A DNA stretch of 64,000 bases from the NCBI RefSeq assembly GCF_025526975.1, contig NW_026515700.1, positions 62,001 to 126,000 of the forward strand, given 5' to 3'. Both the position numbers and the translations under genes were made by a program. This document shows positions 12,553-26,299 of the stretch, in pieces. This stretch comes from Fimicolochytrium jonesii (Eukaryota). Each line of letters begins with the position of its first letter. Position 1 is the first letter of the stretch. The notes beneath the pieces were generated by a model, which was not told where the DNA came from, ran no database searches, and worked only from the letters and a program-made list of their open reading frames with translations.

Positions 12553-13830
12553 GTTTTCTCGTTTGGGGTTGGGGGTGCCGTTGAAAGCGTGGGTCGATGC
12601 GGAAGGCTCGGTCGGGCTCACCGGTTTGTGTGAGATTCTTGGTGTTCCGAAGTAGAGGGGTGCTCTGGAAGTTGTGAGGGGCTAAGAGAGAAAATATCAG
12701 GAACAGGACGAGCCAAGAGGGAGGATTGCACCCGCCCGTATTTCTGGCCCGGATGGACAGGTTTCTGCCGACCATGAACTTCCTTTCCATACCGTTGTCA
12801 CACCACTTGCGGACTTGAACTGGATCAGGTAACAGCCAACGAAGAGATCGAAGCGACTGAAGTATATCTCCAAAGTAGATGAGAAGAACCACGAAAGCTA
12901 CTGGACAAACTCCAAACGGTAGAATGTGCAAGTTGAGTGCATCTCGATGTTGCTCGCAGAAGGGGATCGGGAATGGGGGGTTTTGAAAAAGTGTCAGTTG
13001 CATCACCTATGCGGAGTTTGCCATCACATAAGCACGCGTTTGCTTATGTAGCAAAGACAAACAAAAAGCCGCCCTTTTTCCGTTGACAGGGTTCGACAGC
13101 GAGTCGCCTGGACCCCGAAAAAATGTCACACCGCCCGAAAGACACCGCCCCAACCTTAGCATGTCAGCAGGCAATGGGCGAACGTTGGTCAGCATTTTCA
13201 GAGTGACCATACTTTTTCCATACTCAGATGACTCTGGTAATTTCTAGTCGATAATATCATAGCATGGCTAGCGTCGAAACGCCGTCCTACTTGGACATGG
13301 ATTCTTTATGGCGGTTTCATTAGGACTTGAGAACACCCACCCACCTCTGATAGAGCCGATGGTCAAACATTGTTGGCAGGACCGCCGGAAATGTCGCTTC
13401 GAACCTAGGATATGGTACTTACTATACACATCGCTCCGTTCACGAGCCTCTGCTCGTTTTTCATAAGGGGGTTTCGCCGGAAGAAGGTCTGGGCTAGCGC
13501 GGTGAACCGGGGTGCAACGCTCCGATGCCCAAGTAATGCCCCTCTGGATGCAGTGATTTAGGGGCAGCAGCCATGGATCAACAAACAAAAAGTTCAAGCG
13601 CCATTCCAGAGCGGGGCAGCCATTCGTCGTCTTGATGGATGTTCGAGTTTCGAAATTTTAAGTGATTCAGGAAGAAGTTCTATATGTATATGGATGCGCG
13701 TCTATATGATTGGGGGACTACACGATAGATAGAAAGGCTGGATGTATCCAGACTGAGAGTGTCCAAAAAAAAAGGGTCCGTAAAATAAGGATTAATGCGA
13801 GATAGGGACGGCAGCCACAAGCTGTGTCGC

Positions 13831-15492
13831 TCATAGAGCGAGATATTCGTCCCACACCGATTCCATGTAGTTGAGACGCGTGATGGCGTAGTCTAGGTAG
13901 TCGAAGTCGAGGTCGCTGATTTCTGCTTGGACGAGGGCCCAACTATAAAAGAAAAGGTCGTTAGAAACGCCGAAGCGTAGGGAGTAGAAGGAAACGCAGA
14001 TTTACGTACATCGCCCAAAAGAAGTGAGCCGCCAGCGAGAACTTGGTGACTTCCTTGTAGAGATTCTCAACCTCAGCGTCCATGACGGCACGCTTTGTGT
14101 AGGATTCAAGGTATGTTCGGAGCCAGGGGAGTTGAGCGGGTTTCGTCGGGTAGAGCTCCCATTTGCAATCGAAACCTATTGTTGTGCGCGAAGTTGGGTG
14201 GTGAGATCGGAGCAGTGATTCTGGTAGAGCCGCGTGATGGGCTGCCTACCTGCATACTCGCAGAAATGGTTCCCGATGTCGAAGCCTCTGTACGATATCG
14301 AGCCGTATTCGTAATCGATGAAGGAGACGGTATCTACAAAACCAAGTCACACCAGGTCAACGCCAATACGGTACGCCACTCGTTAAAAACCGCGTACCCT
14401 TAGCTTCGCTATAGACGATGTTGCCAGAAAGCAAGTCATTGTGACAAAAAGTAACCGGACTACCCAGGGCCTGAAGGGCACTCTGCAAGTCTAGCAATCT
14501 CTGCCTCAACTTATCTACACTCAGATTGGCTCTGAACTTGGCGTCTGCCGCCTTATTGGTGTACGATTTTGGAACTGCGCGGCAAGACATGTCAGTTTCC
14601 AACGTCGCCACGATCGGTTCAAAGGTTGACTGGACAATACCTTGGACCAGCCAGCGGAACATGGTGGGAAACAGCTGTGGTTCGAGTGTGGACCCTGGGA
14701 GAGCTACGCCATGCCATTCTGCTAACCGTTTGGCCACGAGTATGGACTTGTGCGCATCACTCATGTCTATAAGAAGACCCAGCATGTTGGAAGCGTCGTC
14801 AGAGGTGTCCAAGAGTGATATTCCACTGTACTGTCGTCATACCTTCGCCAGAAAAGGGAGTTCCAGCTATGAACCCATACACTAGGCCGTTATCGAATCT
14901 CCCGTATAGTGGAGGACATAAACCCAGTTTCGATAATGCTTGCATGTTCTGATGTAGGGAAAGATCACGCCATCAGAACTGATGTCTTCTCAAGGCCGGG
15001 TTTCTAGACACTCTTCCTCGCACATACCACCAACTCCTGGTTCCGATCTATGAGGATATCGGACCCTTTTCCGTACGTCCGCACCAGTACTGCGTGCCCT
15101 GAAGGCTTGTGAGTGGCGCGAAACAATTTGTTCGTGATGCCAGCTGTAAACTGCTTCAAGACAACATCCTCCTTCACATTCCAGGTTGGGAAGAAATGCG
15201 CACAACTACGGCCGAGACCCCTGCCTGAGTGCATAGAGGAGTATGAGGGGGGGATCAATATGCTACTTGGAAGGGAAGACATGCAACTTACGGTAAGCTT
15301 GTCGTGATCGATTGTGTACTTGAAGGTCGCAATGGACTTCAACACTGCCGCGGTGCTTTTCGCGGGCGCCGCTGAAGGTAGCTTTGTTCCATTTACCAAC
15401 CCCTGGAAGGTGGAAAGCAGCGTGTCGGACTCTGCGGCAGCAGCTGCTTCTGACATATTGTTGTAAACCGAGGTGACTTCACCGGAAAGCAT
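13831..15492 (-). CDS. Ethanolamine/choline kinase (multi-exon; start may be 15456)
   Basis: GITNKLF...VLVRTYGKGSDILIDRNQEL, Brenner motif FCHNDLLSGNIV, SFIDYEYG, FDIGNHFCEYAG, WALVQAEISDLDFDY. Confidence 0.92.
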
Positions 15493-16131
15493 GGTGGTGC
15501 AGGCAAGAGGATTTCCCACGGCGAACCGGATAGGAATGTGAGTTCGCGTCGGCGGGGCTTTTCTTGGCGAGATCGACTTGTGTGTTCCCTCTCAGAGAAT
15601 GTACAGTAAGTACCCGTTCTAGGTAACTTTTCACCACTGGGTTGCTTCGAAGTTTCGATTTCGTCGCTGCTCTTGGCGAGGGTAATTGCCAATTGGAGCT
15701 TAGTCAAGCCGGTTGGACCCTTGCCTGGAATGGAACTCGAGGCCGCTTGCCTGTTGCTCCCACAACATTTGAGCACACCCACGAACCGGCCCCATGTGAA
15801 TCCAAAAAGGAATCAAACTTTCAACAAATCTTTTGATGATGGTAACCACCGGTTTCAAGTTCTCAGACAAGAACCGGCGGTAAAAGCGTTTCCAGTTCCC
15901 AGGAGGCGGGGCCCGGGAGAAGCCGGAGTGGATGGGCGCTGATGTCACCGACGCGTTCTAACTTCTCTCATTCACTTTCACTTCCATGTCTGCACAAATC
16001 GGACAAGAAGCTCAACAAGTTCGGGCTCTTGTCCACGCCCGCATCGGATGGAGCCATTAGCTTGGGGAGTTGTCCCTTTGAATATCACTTCATTCTCACC
16101 TAGCTCTCAGAAGGCTTTTTAGATTCCAAAA

Positions 16132-19100
16132 ATGCCGCCGATTTTGGATCTCACGCTTCGGAAATGGCGAGTTCGGAATGCGGACGGAAAGATTGACATC
16201 CCAGCAAACGTGCCAGGTATGGGTTATCATGGAAACGGCACTTATTGAGGTTGAGCTTTGTTCCGACCCCTTTCAAGGAGAAATCCACACGGATTTGATG
16301 CGAAGCGGGCACATCCAGGGCGATCCATATCATCGAGATGCATACCAAACGTGGGTGTCCTTCGACTTTGACGGTGCCATTGAAAGGTTCAGAGGCATAC
16401 CGTTTTTCTTTGATAGGCTTCGCTGGATTGGCATGGAGGACTGGACATATTCCACAGACTTCCCCAGCAACCTCTCTTCTCAACATATTTATCTCGTCTT
16501 CGATGGGCTTGACACCATCGCCACCATCTCGCTGAATGGGAAAGTAGTTGGCAAAACGGAGAACCAATTTCGGAGGTTCATATTTGACATTCGGAGGTTG
16601 ATCCTCGAAGATGCGGGCGCCATCAATACTTTATCGGTGACCTTTGCGAGTGCTGCGAAAACTGCTGTCAGTCCGATGTTTGCAAAAGCACACCAAATCA
16701 CTTCTGCTTCGACTCACCGGCATCATGACTTTGTTCCCAGACCACAACAGCAAAGGCGTACCCCTACCAAGGTTTGAATCCCCGAAGTCGGGCCGATTGT
16801 GATGCAGAATGCTTCATCTGATGACCGTTGCAGTACCGGACGGCTTTGACCCAACTCAGAATGGAGAGAGAAATCGCAACTTTGTCCGGAAAGAGCAATG
16901 TTCATTCGGCGTACGTTTCTGGGTCACAGTGGGGAAGAGAGGAATTTCTAGTGCTCATTTCGCTTCCGATCACTCGCTAGTGGGACTGGGGACCGTGCTT
17001 TCTGCCATGTGGTATATTCTATCGTGCAGTTTGACTACGAGATGATGCGCGAAAGCTCTTATCTCCTCCAATCAAGGAATCTGGAAGTCCGCAAAACTTG
17101 TATACCTCGATCAAACCGCGTTATGGATCACCGACGCGGCCGTAGACATTTTTCCGGCCGGAAAGGACTTTGGCATCAAAGTAGGCGGTACATACCATGA
17201 AAGGAAGAAGTGCGCATATTGAATTCGCCTCCAGGTGAAGGTGGATTACCGGACGGCCTTGAGCGGATCGACGATTGTCGTGGATGTGCATGTCGATGGA
17301 TTGGAGAACCTCGAACGTGTGGCGGAAACTCAGTATGGGCTTCGTTTTGCGAGAGGATGCGAGCATTTACCCAACAGTCGCGCTATTAGGGACGCGGATA
17401 CTGTCGAATTGCATTACAAGGTTCCGGCAAGCGCTGTAACTCTCTGGTAACACTTTGCCTGGAAGAAGATTGGGGAGTTTCGTGCACTTCCGCCATTAAC
17501 GACGTCGCGACAGGTGGCCAGCAGGGTACGGCGCCCAGAAACTGTACGACCTGCGCATCTCACTCAAATCCTCAAACGGCAACACCGAAGACGAAGTCCA
17601 CAAAAAGATCGGGTTCAGAACCGTAGAGCTGGTGCAACAGCCCTACCCCTCTCAAGAAGGCCTCAGTTTCTACTTCCGCATCAACTCTATCCCCATATTC
17701 TCCAAAGGCACAAACTGGATCCCCGCCGACGCCTTCGAATCCCGCGTAACAACCACCCTCCTCCGACGCCTCCTCCAGAGCTGCGTCGAAGCCAACATGA
17801 ACATGGTCCGAGTGTGGGGCGGGGGGATTTACCAGCAGGACGCGTTTTATGAGATCTGTGATGAGATGGGGTTGATGGTTTGGCAGGAGTTTATGTTTGC
17901 CTGTGCAATGTATCCGGTTGATAAGGCGTTTTTGGAGAATGTGAGGGAGGAAGCGGGGTATCAGGTCAGGAGGTTGATGGCGCATCCGTGTATTGTACTT
18001 TGGAGTGGGAATAATGGTACGTCCCTCCTTGACTTTCTGTCGTTAAGTTGATTGTGATAACTCACGCTGGCCGCAGAGAATGAGGAGGCGCTGATTACAG
18101 GGTGGTATGAACCGATCAAGAAAAACAAGTTTGTGTATACGGTAGGTTTAGCGCGTGACAACTATATGGGAGCAGTCCTAATGGACGCTGGGGAACAGAT
18201 CGATTATCACCGCCTGTACCACGAAACCATCATGCCGACCGTAAAGCAGATCGACCCGACACGCCCATTCATCTCCAGGTATCTCACTACCCGTCGCATA
18301 CATCAAACCTTCACATCAATCTGACATTGATCATCCGCACAAAGTTCTCCATACAACGGAATCATCTCAGAAGACCCCTTCACAGAACGCTTCCTAGCCG
18401 ACAACGGCAACCCCGACGCATTCGGTGACGTCCATTACTACAATTACAAGGACGACGGCACCGATGTGAGTCGGATGCGGAAGCCGCGGTTTGCTTCAGG
18501 TGCGTAGCGTCGTCCTAAGCTGTGCCGCGAGGAAATGATCACTGACGTTGGTAATGCGCACAGAGTATGGATTTCAAGCCCTTCCGTCGTTCGCTACATT
18601 TCGGAAAGTGACGACCGAGGCCGACTGGCACCCGTTGTCGCCTTTGATGGTTTTGAGAAATCATCATCCGAAGGGACAGGAGGAGATTATCTTGCAGGTA
18701 TGTAGCCGTGATAGACGCCCATGGTAGGTTGGGCAAGCGCTGACATTTTGGCTTTTGTAGATGGATTACCACTTCAAACGCCCCTTCTCGGGCTCCGGCA
18801 CCTCCGTCTCCGTCCTCGAATTCGACCACTTCTGCTACCTCTCCCAATGCGTCCAAGTAAGTAACCGTTCCCCCCTCCCCTCACTCTCGAATGTCTCTTC
18901 ACTAATACTACCCACCTCCTCCCAAGGCAATCTGCATGAAAGCCCAAACAGAACACTACCGCCGCCTCACCAGTCTCCCCGCCAACTGCATGGGCGCCCT
19001 GTACTGGCAATGCAACGATATCTGGCAAGCCCCCACGTGGGCGGGGATCGAATATGGGGGGACGTGGAAGATGCTGCATTTTTTTGCCAAGGAGTTTTTC

Positions 19101-19736
19101 GAGAGGGTGCTCGTGTCGGTTTATGAGAATACTGCGGAGAACGGAAGGGTTGAGGTTTGGGTGGTGAATGATTTATTGGAGCGGGTGGAGGGGCGGTTGG
19201 TGGTGGAGTTCCGGCCGTGGATGTCGACGACGGCGGATGAGATACACCGGATCGAGATGACGGTGAAAGTAGACCCGCAGAGCAGTTCCCGTGTCGCCGC
19301 ATACGCAAACGTCGAGGATCTCATCACAACCATCGCACCCAATTCCACCGCCGACTCCGGGTTCCTTCACTTCTCACTGACGCATTACGAGACCTCAACA
19401 ACCGCAGTCTACTTCCCCACCTCCTTCACCCACGTCACCCTCCCCAACCCCAACCTACGGTTCAGCGCCCCAGAGTGTAAAGCCCTCAGAAACGGGCTGG
19501 TGGAACTATCCATCACCGTGGACCACCCGGCCCCGTTCGTTTGGCTGGAGATCGAGGATGAGGAGGGTCGGTTTGATAGGAACGGGTTTGTGGCGATCCC
19601 TGGGAGGAATGTCGTTAATTTTAGGGCGTGGGAGGAGCTGAAGGGGGATGTGGTATGCGTGTCTGTGAGGAGTTTGTATCAGGCGCAGGAGAAGAGGCCG
19701 CCGGTTTCTCTGGAGGTCTCAGTTACAACGGCGTAG
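16132..19736 (+). CDS. Beta-mannosidase, glycoside hydrolase family 2 (multi-exon)
   Basis: NVPGEIHTDL, LVFDGLDTIATISLNG, RKEQCSFGWDWGP, KGTNWIPADAF, NMVRVWGGGIY, WQEFMFAC, WSGNNE, PRFASEYGFQA, GALYWQCNDIWQAPTWAGIEYGG. Confidence 0.95.
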
Positions 19737-19857
19737 ACTTAAGCAAATTCGGCAGGCGTATATTCGGCATACCGCAAGGTTTTGTAATATATTCGCGAAC
19801 GAAGGTGGAATGTATATACATTGAGGAAGATTCCAGAAAAATGTTATGCTAGAGCTA

Positions 19858-22139
19858 TCATAGCACGCCGTCATTTACAGTGCCCGTAGACGTTTGCGGA
19901 TCGCCGGAAGAAGAAACCAGCTTCGCCAACCGGCCTTTCAGCTGCCGGCACTCATTATCCTTCTCCATAAGATCGCGGTCGGTTTCCTCGAGTTTGCGGC
20001 GAAGCTCCCTCATATCCGATTGCATTTTTGCCTTTTCTTGCTGGGTTTGCGTCACGTTTTGGTGGAGGCGGGTGTTGTCGGCTCTGAGCTGTTTGATCAG
20101 GGCTTGAAGGCCGAGGAGCTCGGTTTCGGTGACTGTTTTTGCGCGGGAGTCTTGGTCGGCTGTGAACCTAGTTCCACAAAATCGTTAGACTGCATCAAAC
20201 TACGTTTTGCTTTCATTGAATCTCTCACCTGCTGCTCAGCTCCACCAGTATGCTTGCGCTCACAAGATCCTGCACATCCTGCATATCCTGCACCACCGCC
20301 TCGGCGTCATTATTATACGCCGCAAACAACCGGTCGCCCTTCAACACATCCAAAACATTCTCAAACTCCTCCTCTTTCAGCAATAGCGGCTCGTTCTTCT
20401 TCAATATCGCGATGCTGAAGCGTAGCATTGTTTCGATCGCTCCTTCGGCGAAGATGATGTCGAAAATGCGGAAGACGAATGAGAGAGGGAAATTGTAGGT
20501 GTAGAGGGTGAGGAACCATTGGGAGGCGTACATTGCGGCCGTGATGCCGCAGGTTTGGAAATGCGCGTGGAGCTTTGGGAGATGCTCGCGGACGAGCTCG
20601 GTGTGCTGGAAAAGGACTTTGTGCAGACCGGACATGGCGGGTTCGAAGAGCGTGCGCAGGCCATAGACTCGATGAGAGTCTGGTGGTGATCTGGACGTGG
20701 TTGGTTTCTTGTCCTCCATGAGTCGTACGAGAACTGCAAATGCCTCGACTTCAGACATCTATCGATGCGGAACAGGGTTAAGCTCCGCAGACGGTGATAC
20801 AGAAGAGATGAGAGACATAGCTACTGACAGTGGAGTGCACTCACGTTTTGCAACAATAGTGGCCCAACCACGAAACTCAGCCCTTGACAATAGCCCACTT
20901 CGCTGTCGTAGATACTATATCCCTTCAACAAGCGAAACAGTTTTTCCTGCCCTTCTCCACCATCTTCCTTGAACATATCCAGCCTCGGATACGTCCTCGG
21001 GATATCCCGCCGTATTATCCTCTCGTAAGGGCTCTCCTCCTTGAGCAGGAGAGGATACAGTGATTCAAAGTGCTCGACTTGCGCTCCGGACATGGTAGTC
21101 CAGATTTTTGCGCGGAGATGCGGTGGGATTCCACCGCGGATTCGCGCTGTGAGCAGGTGCGGGATTTTATGCACGATTGTGCCGTAGCCCTCCACGATGG
21201 AGTTCCAGAACTCCGTGTCCCCTTTGTCCATGTCGCCCGGTGCTGTTGTTGAGTAGGAGTTTAGCTCTGTTGTTAGAGCGGAAAGCGTTGGTTGATAGCC
21301 GCGGACGTTTCCGTCTTCCACGTATATGGTTTTGGGGTTCAGCGCAAGAGCTTGGTTCTCGATGTCCAACCTGGCTAGAAGAAACTCGGCGGATTCTGGA
21401 TCCAAGTTGGATAGGAGGGCATCAGGTCGGGATGGCCGATGTGCTCCCTGCACGATGTGTCGAGACGGGCGATCTGTGCCATTCTGACCGGAGACAGTTC
21501 CAGACTCATCGTCGTCTTGAGCAAACGGATATGATATCCCCAACATCGTGGCATGAGACTTCAGAAATGTACTCCACGTATTCGTTTCTGGCGTTGGGTT
21601 CACTGGAGACGACGGCTGCGTAGCACTGATGCTGGGATGGAGACTCGTAGTTCGTGGTTTGAAGACTGGGCCACCAGTAGACGAAACAGCTTTGGACGTG
21701 GAAACCTTGGCCTTCTCTGTAACTCCATTTTGCGTATCTATCCATTAGGCAAAGACGTGAGCAACAATGGCAACAATGGCCTTCGGCTTTCAACCCTCCA
21801 GTAGGGCGACCTACCTTTTGCAGGGCTTCTGGGCGTGCCCAGTTCCGCAGGCGCAGGCGATTTCCGAGTAACCGCTGGGACACCGTCGCTTACGCTGACG
21901 AGGTCCTCTGCTGCTACTTTTCCCTGGGCAATCCCGTCCCCTCCCTCCACAGAAATCCCGCTCTGCGCTTCCGTCGCATCCGTTGGGCTTCCATCTTCTT
22001 CGTCCTTCCCATTCTCCGTGGGTCCCATGTAATCACTCGGCGAAGTATCGGCTGCCGATGGGCTCTCGACGAGCGTTTTGGAAGCTGCTTCTGGCGCCGT
22101 GGGCTCCGGCGGCGTGGGAAATGCAACGGCCTCCATCAT
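19858..22139 (-). CDS. TBC-domain Rab GTPase-activating protein (Gyp5/EVI5-like) with C-terminal coiled coil
   Basis: GIPPHLRAKIW, IRRDIPRTYP (Arg finger), VGYCQGLSFVVGPLL (Gln finger), MYASQWFLTLY. Confidence 0.92.
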
Positions 22140-22469
22140 GTGAAAGCCCTCGGCACGAAGTCACCGATCACGAGGAAGTTGACGCTATCCCGAAATATCG
22201 TCCCGAAGGCCTCTTTGTTTTCTGCACTGCGCTCTCCAAATGCCGACGCCAGTCGTTCGTTATCAAATATTGCGTCTGGCTTCGTTATCGCTGAATGCCT
22301 GTAGGGAGGCTTTGGGCTCGACGGCCTCCCCTTGACCCTGTCTCTCGTAAGCACACTGACGCGTCCTGAACATGCATATCGCACACTTCGATACTCGACG
22401 AGGCTCTGGGATCGTGGTGTTAGATTCGTTCAGCGCAGCCTGATCAGTGTCAGTCTACATCCTTCCAAA

Positions 22470-22871
22470 ATGGCCGACCAACGCAAATCTGTCCGTGAAA
22501 TAATGACGCAGAGCATAGGTTTCTGTCCGAAAGGTGAGCGCCCACGATCGTACTTGCCTTCATCCGATTTCGCAGTCTCACACATCTTCCTTGTCCCATT
22601 GAGTTCAGATGCCCTAGGCTGGCTCTATGCCGCACGAGGCTACTACAAAACCCGCGACTACCACTCCGTCATTGAATGCGTCACGCCAGCCCTCCGCAAC
22701 GACAGGACAAAACGAGAAGCACAACATCTCCTTGCTTTTAGCTTTCTGAATACGGGGCAGCTGGAAGCCGCTGCTGGAGCATTCTTCAAAAGCATCAATA
22801 ATGGAAATGACACGGATTGGCAGCCGTTGGTTGAGCTGCTGATGGACAACGCTGGTCTGAAATTGACGTGA
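22470..22871 (+). CDS. Small TPR-like helical protein (2 exons), divergent from the TBC gene
   Basis: MADQRKSV...FCPK, intron GTGAGC...CAG, then ALGWLYAARGYYKTRDYHSVIECVTPAL...AQHLLAFSFLNTGQLEAAAGAFFKSI (TPR-like W/L-A-Y-A pattern). Confidence 0.65.
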   Translation: MADQRKSVREIMTQSIGFCPKGERPRSYLPSSDFAVSHIFLVPLSSDALGWLYAARGYYKTRDYHSVIECVTPALRNDRTKREAQHLLAFSFLNTGQLEAAAGAFFKSINNGNDTDWQPLVELLMDNAGLKLT

Positions 22872-23411
22872 GGGTAGGATGTATGGCTGGGGTGCAAATT
22901 GACAAGCATTGTGATGGAGCCGTCTTCGGCGCAAAGAATGTCGCCCAGTACGTAGATACTGTATTTATCCAAACACGAATTATGGTCGCTGCATTGATCG
23001 CAAGGCTGTGAGAGGCTTTCATTCCCGTGTGGCTTTCACCACCCGTCGCACGAGCGGCGAAGGAGACCCGTGCGAAAAGCCTCATTTGTTGTCATCTCGA
23101 TTGTCCTTCCCCATGCTCTTTCAAGGGCACTGTACAGTACTTCGGTATATACATCATACATGCTATTTGGGAGGGAGGTGACCAGTCTCTATATACAAAG
23201 ATCGAAGAGGATGTGAAAATACGATACAGGAAGATATTCCATAAAGAAGCTATCTGAGGGTGAAAAGAAGGGTATACGAGGACGCAGGTTTCCCGAACAA
23301 AGCTAAAGTATTTGAGGGTGGATGAAGGGTGTTGCCGGCGAACGCAAAGAAATGTTCCATCAATGTTTAACCATCGCGAGAGCGGGCACGCGATACTCTC
23401 TTTTTCGTCCT

Positions 23412-26299
23412 TCACTCATAATGTACGGGGCATGCTCTGGTCCCGCGCTGATACCACGCTTCGATGCAATGCACATGGTACAGGCACAAGCAATTGAGCC
23501 GTGCTATCCGTTGTCCTACAAGCCGCGATACGTTCATCAAAGCCACATTCTCTTAAGAAAATCAAAGCAAATCCAGCACTCACCACCCAAAAACTCCTCA
23601 AAACAAATCGCACACTCCCTCCCCTCAATATCCTCCTTCAGCGTCTGCACAAGGTACCTATTCCCACTCACACTACTCCTGCCCCCAAAGGAGCTCGGAG
23701 CCGGCGCGCTACTGGGAACACTTCCCGCGGGTGTGGCGACGCGATCGAGGCATTCCTTGACGTGTCGTTCGGATTCTTCCTCTGGCAGGCTTTCTAAGGG
23801 ACGTTGGCAAACGGGGCATTCTGCCATTGTGCTTGAGGTGCCGCTGTCTATTGAGCGGGTTGGGGATGAGGGGGAGATGGCGTCGCGTTCTTGCTGGGTT
23901 AGGATGGCGGTGGATGTTGGTGGGGCTGTGATTGTGGGGGTAGATGGGCTGCGACGAGTTGGGGAGGTTACGGAGGGGCGAGATGGCGGGTCATTGTGGG
24001 AGGCGTTACGTTGGGAAAGATGCCTGTAGCATGAAGTGCAGACTCGGCTGGGTGGAGAGTGGGGGTATAGCATGAATCTTTCGGAAGAACATGAGGCGCA
24101 GAAGACTTTGCCGCACCACCTGAGATAACCATCAATCGGTCAGTCTGGTTTACTCGGCGTCACTGCCCAGAGGAAAGAAGGGACTGACGGATATCCGGAC
24201 TACATACCGACAGTGATGCCGCCGAAGCCATAGATTGAAACGCTTCTTGCATTCTCCACACTCAGGAGCATCCTCGTCCGGCTGCCACGCGGATATAGGA
24301 GTCATTGACAGTGGCACTGCCGTCTGGACCCCGTTCACAGCGTCGGCCGGCACTGACGTTGATATTCCGTCCATGGATCCACTTCCACTTGCGCTTGCCG
24401 TCGCATTCATAGTTCCGTTAACCAACGCAGTCTCTGTACGTGATGATGTCCCATTCTGCTGCCGCCCTTCCGAGGCAGCCCGCAGCAAAGCATCAATGTC
24501 GGACGACGTCTGCCCTTCAAAAGCCAAAAAACGGAAGACATGCCTCAATATAAACTTTGAAACGCCTGTGGAAGGGGTGATCCTTCCCCCCAAATGTGAT
24601 TTTGTACGAAATATTTACATTGGAATTACCTACCGCTATTTGTATGCTGGTTGCCCTCACTCCCTTCCTCGGGACTCCCGGTGGCGTCGAGCAACGCATC
24701 CAACTCTTCAGCGCGTTCTATGTACCCTGTCACCAGCGCGGAGGCTTCCCGCTGACGGTCTTTGTTCGAGTCCGCTGATGAAATAAGAAGGATATGTATC
24801 AGATATGCGACACGATTTCGTCAATTCCTTCGGCATGTTACTTGCTCACCTTTGATCCCGCCCAGCAACTGCTGTATTACCAGATGATATGCTTCCAGCT
24901 CAGCACGAACATGACCCAAATCTCCCTCGCCATCTATGGCAGGGAGGTCATCTACAAGCTTCCGTGCTTTGGCGACGTAATCACCCGAAGCCGAAGCCGC
25001 ACTTGAACTCCCTCCAGCAGACTCCTCAAGCGTCACGTCCGCCCTCCTCTTCCTTACCCGTGTCCACCGCCGCCTTCTAACCCAGCTATTGAGCATCCCC
25101 ACAGGAGCTGCAACCCATTGTGACGTAGGTGTATCGAACGTCTTTGCATACTGCCAACCCTCGCCATCGGCTTGGAAATGCTTCGTCTCCACCCGCCAAT
25201 CCGTCAACCAGAACCAGCCCCTTACAGACTGTCCGGTTCGAGGATCACGGACTTCAGGCAAGTTGACGTCGTCCAAAGCGCAAGACTTTCCGGCGGGTGT
25301 GGTCCATTGCGTGCGTGCATCGTTGGTAACGAGGTTGGCGGCCGAGAATTTGCGGGTCAGGAAGGCTCCTCGTTCGTTTTCGTAGATGGTCTCGACAACC
25401 GTGCTGTGGTCAATGGCTCCTTCGGGACCTTTTCCCTCTCTTGTTCTCCCGTCCGACAGACGAGCCAGGGCATTCTGCTCAGCATTCTCGAGGACATCGC
25501 AGATGTAGGCCTCCTCGGCCTGCGCAGCGAGATCATACGCTGAATCTCCAAAACTGTTCTTGACAAGCGGATCCGCCCCATTATTGAGAAGCAGCTCAAC
25601 CAGATCCAGATGCCCTTTCGCGCCGGCACTCATGAGAGGTGTATGGCCCGTCTTCGACTTTGCGTTGACATCCGCGTCCGCTTCAATCAAAGCTCGGGCC
25701 GCCAGTAAGTGCCCTCCGGAGGCACAGTTGTGCAGCGCAGACCACCCATCCGTATCGGTATGACTAGTCTTTGCCCCATTCCGTAACAGAGTCTGAATCA
25801 CATCAATGTGCCCGGAGTAAGCAGCTTTGAAGAGGGGTGTTTCCCCTTCCCTGTCCACCCGATCGATTTCGGCGCACTTTTCGATGAGGAGTCGGAGGAT
25901 GTGTAGGTATCCACGTGCGGCGGCGTAGTGTAAAGGGGCTAGTCCCGTTGCAGGCGACAGATCGTTGACAAGCTTTGCGGGATCGCTTGTCTCGTCCAGT
26001 ACTTCGTTGATCTTTACCACGTCATTGTGGACTACAGCTTCGATGAGAACCTTCTGGCGGGCGGCTTCGGGGTCGTTCGACGAGGATTCTTGCACGGACG
26101 ACGAGGCACCGCGTATCCCAGCTGCACCAGCAGTGCTTGCCCTCGTCATAGATGGCACATGGTCTGAGCACTGATCAAAGTGGTACAATCCGTAAACAGG
26201 GTGGGTCCTATGTGGGAGGCAAGGCTGGACGAAGGCTGGTAAAGCGTGCGACGGCTGAAGGTGGTGCTGGCCTCCTGGTAGGAGCGGTTGTGATGCCAT
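23412..26299 (-). CDS. Ankyrin-repeat + DysF/Pex24-like + FYVE + RING-H2 protein (Pib1-like E3 ligase)
   Basis: ANK repeats (GLAPLHYAA, GETPLFKAA, GWSALHNCA, GHTPLMSAG). DysF YENER...WFWLTDWRVE...EGWQYA...VRRRRWTR. FYVE WQPDEDAPECGECKKRFNLWLRRHHCR. RING CAICFEEF...RLNCLCLYHVHCIEAW...CPVH. Confidence 0.9.
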
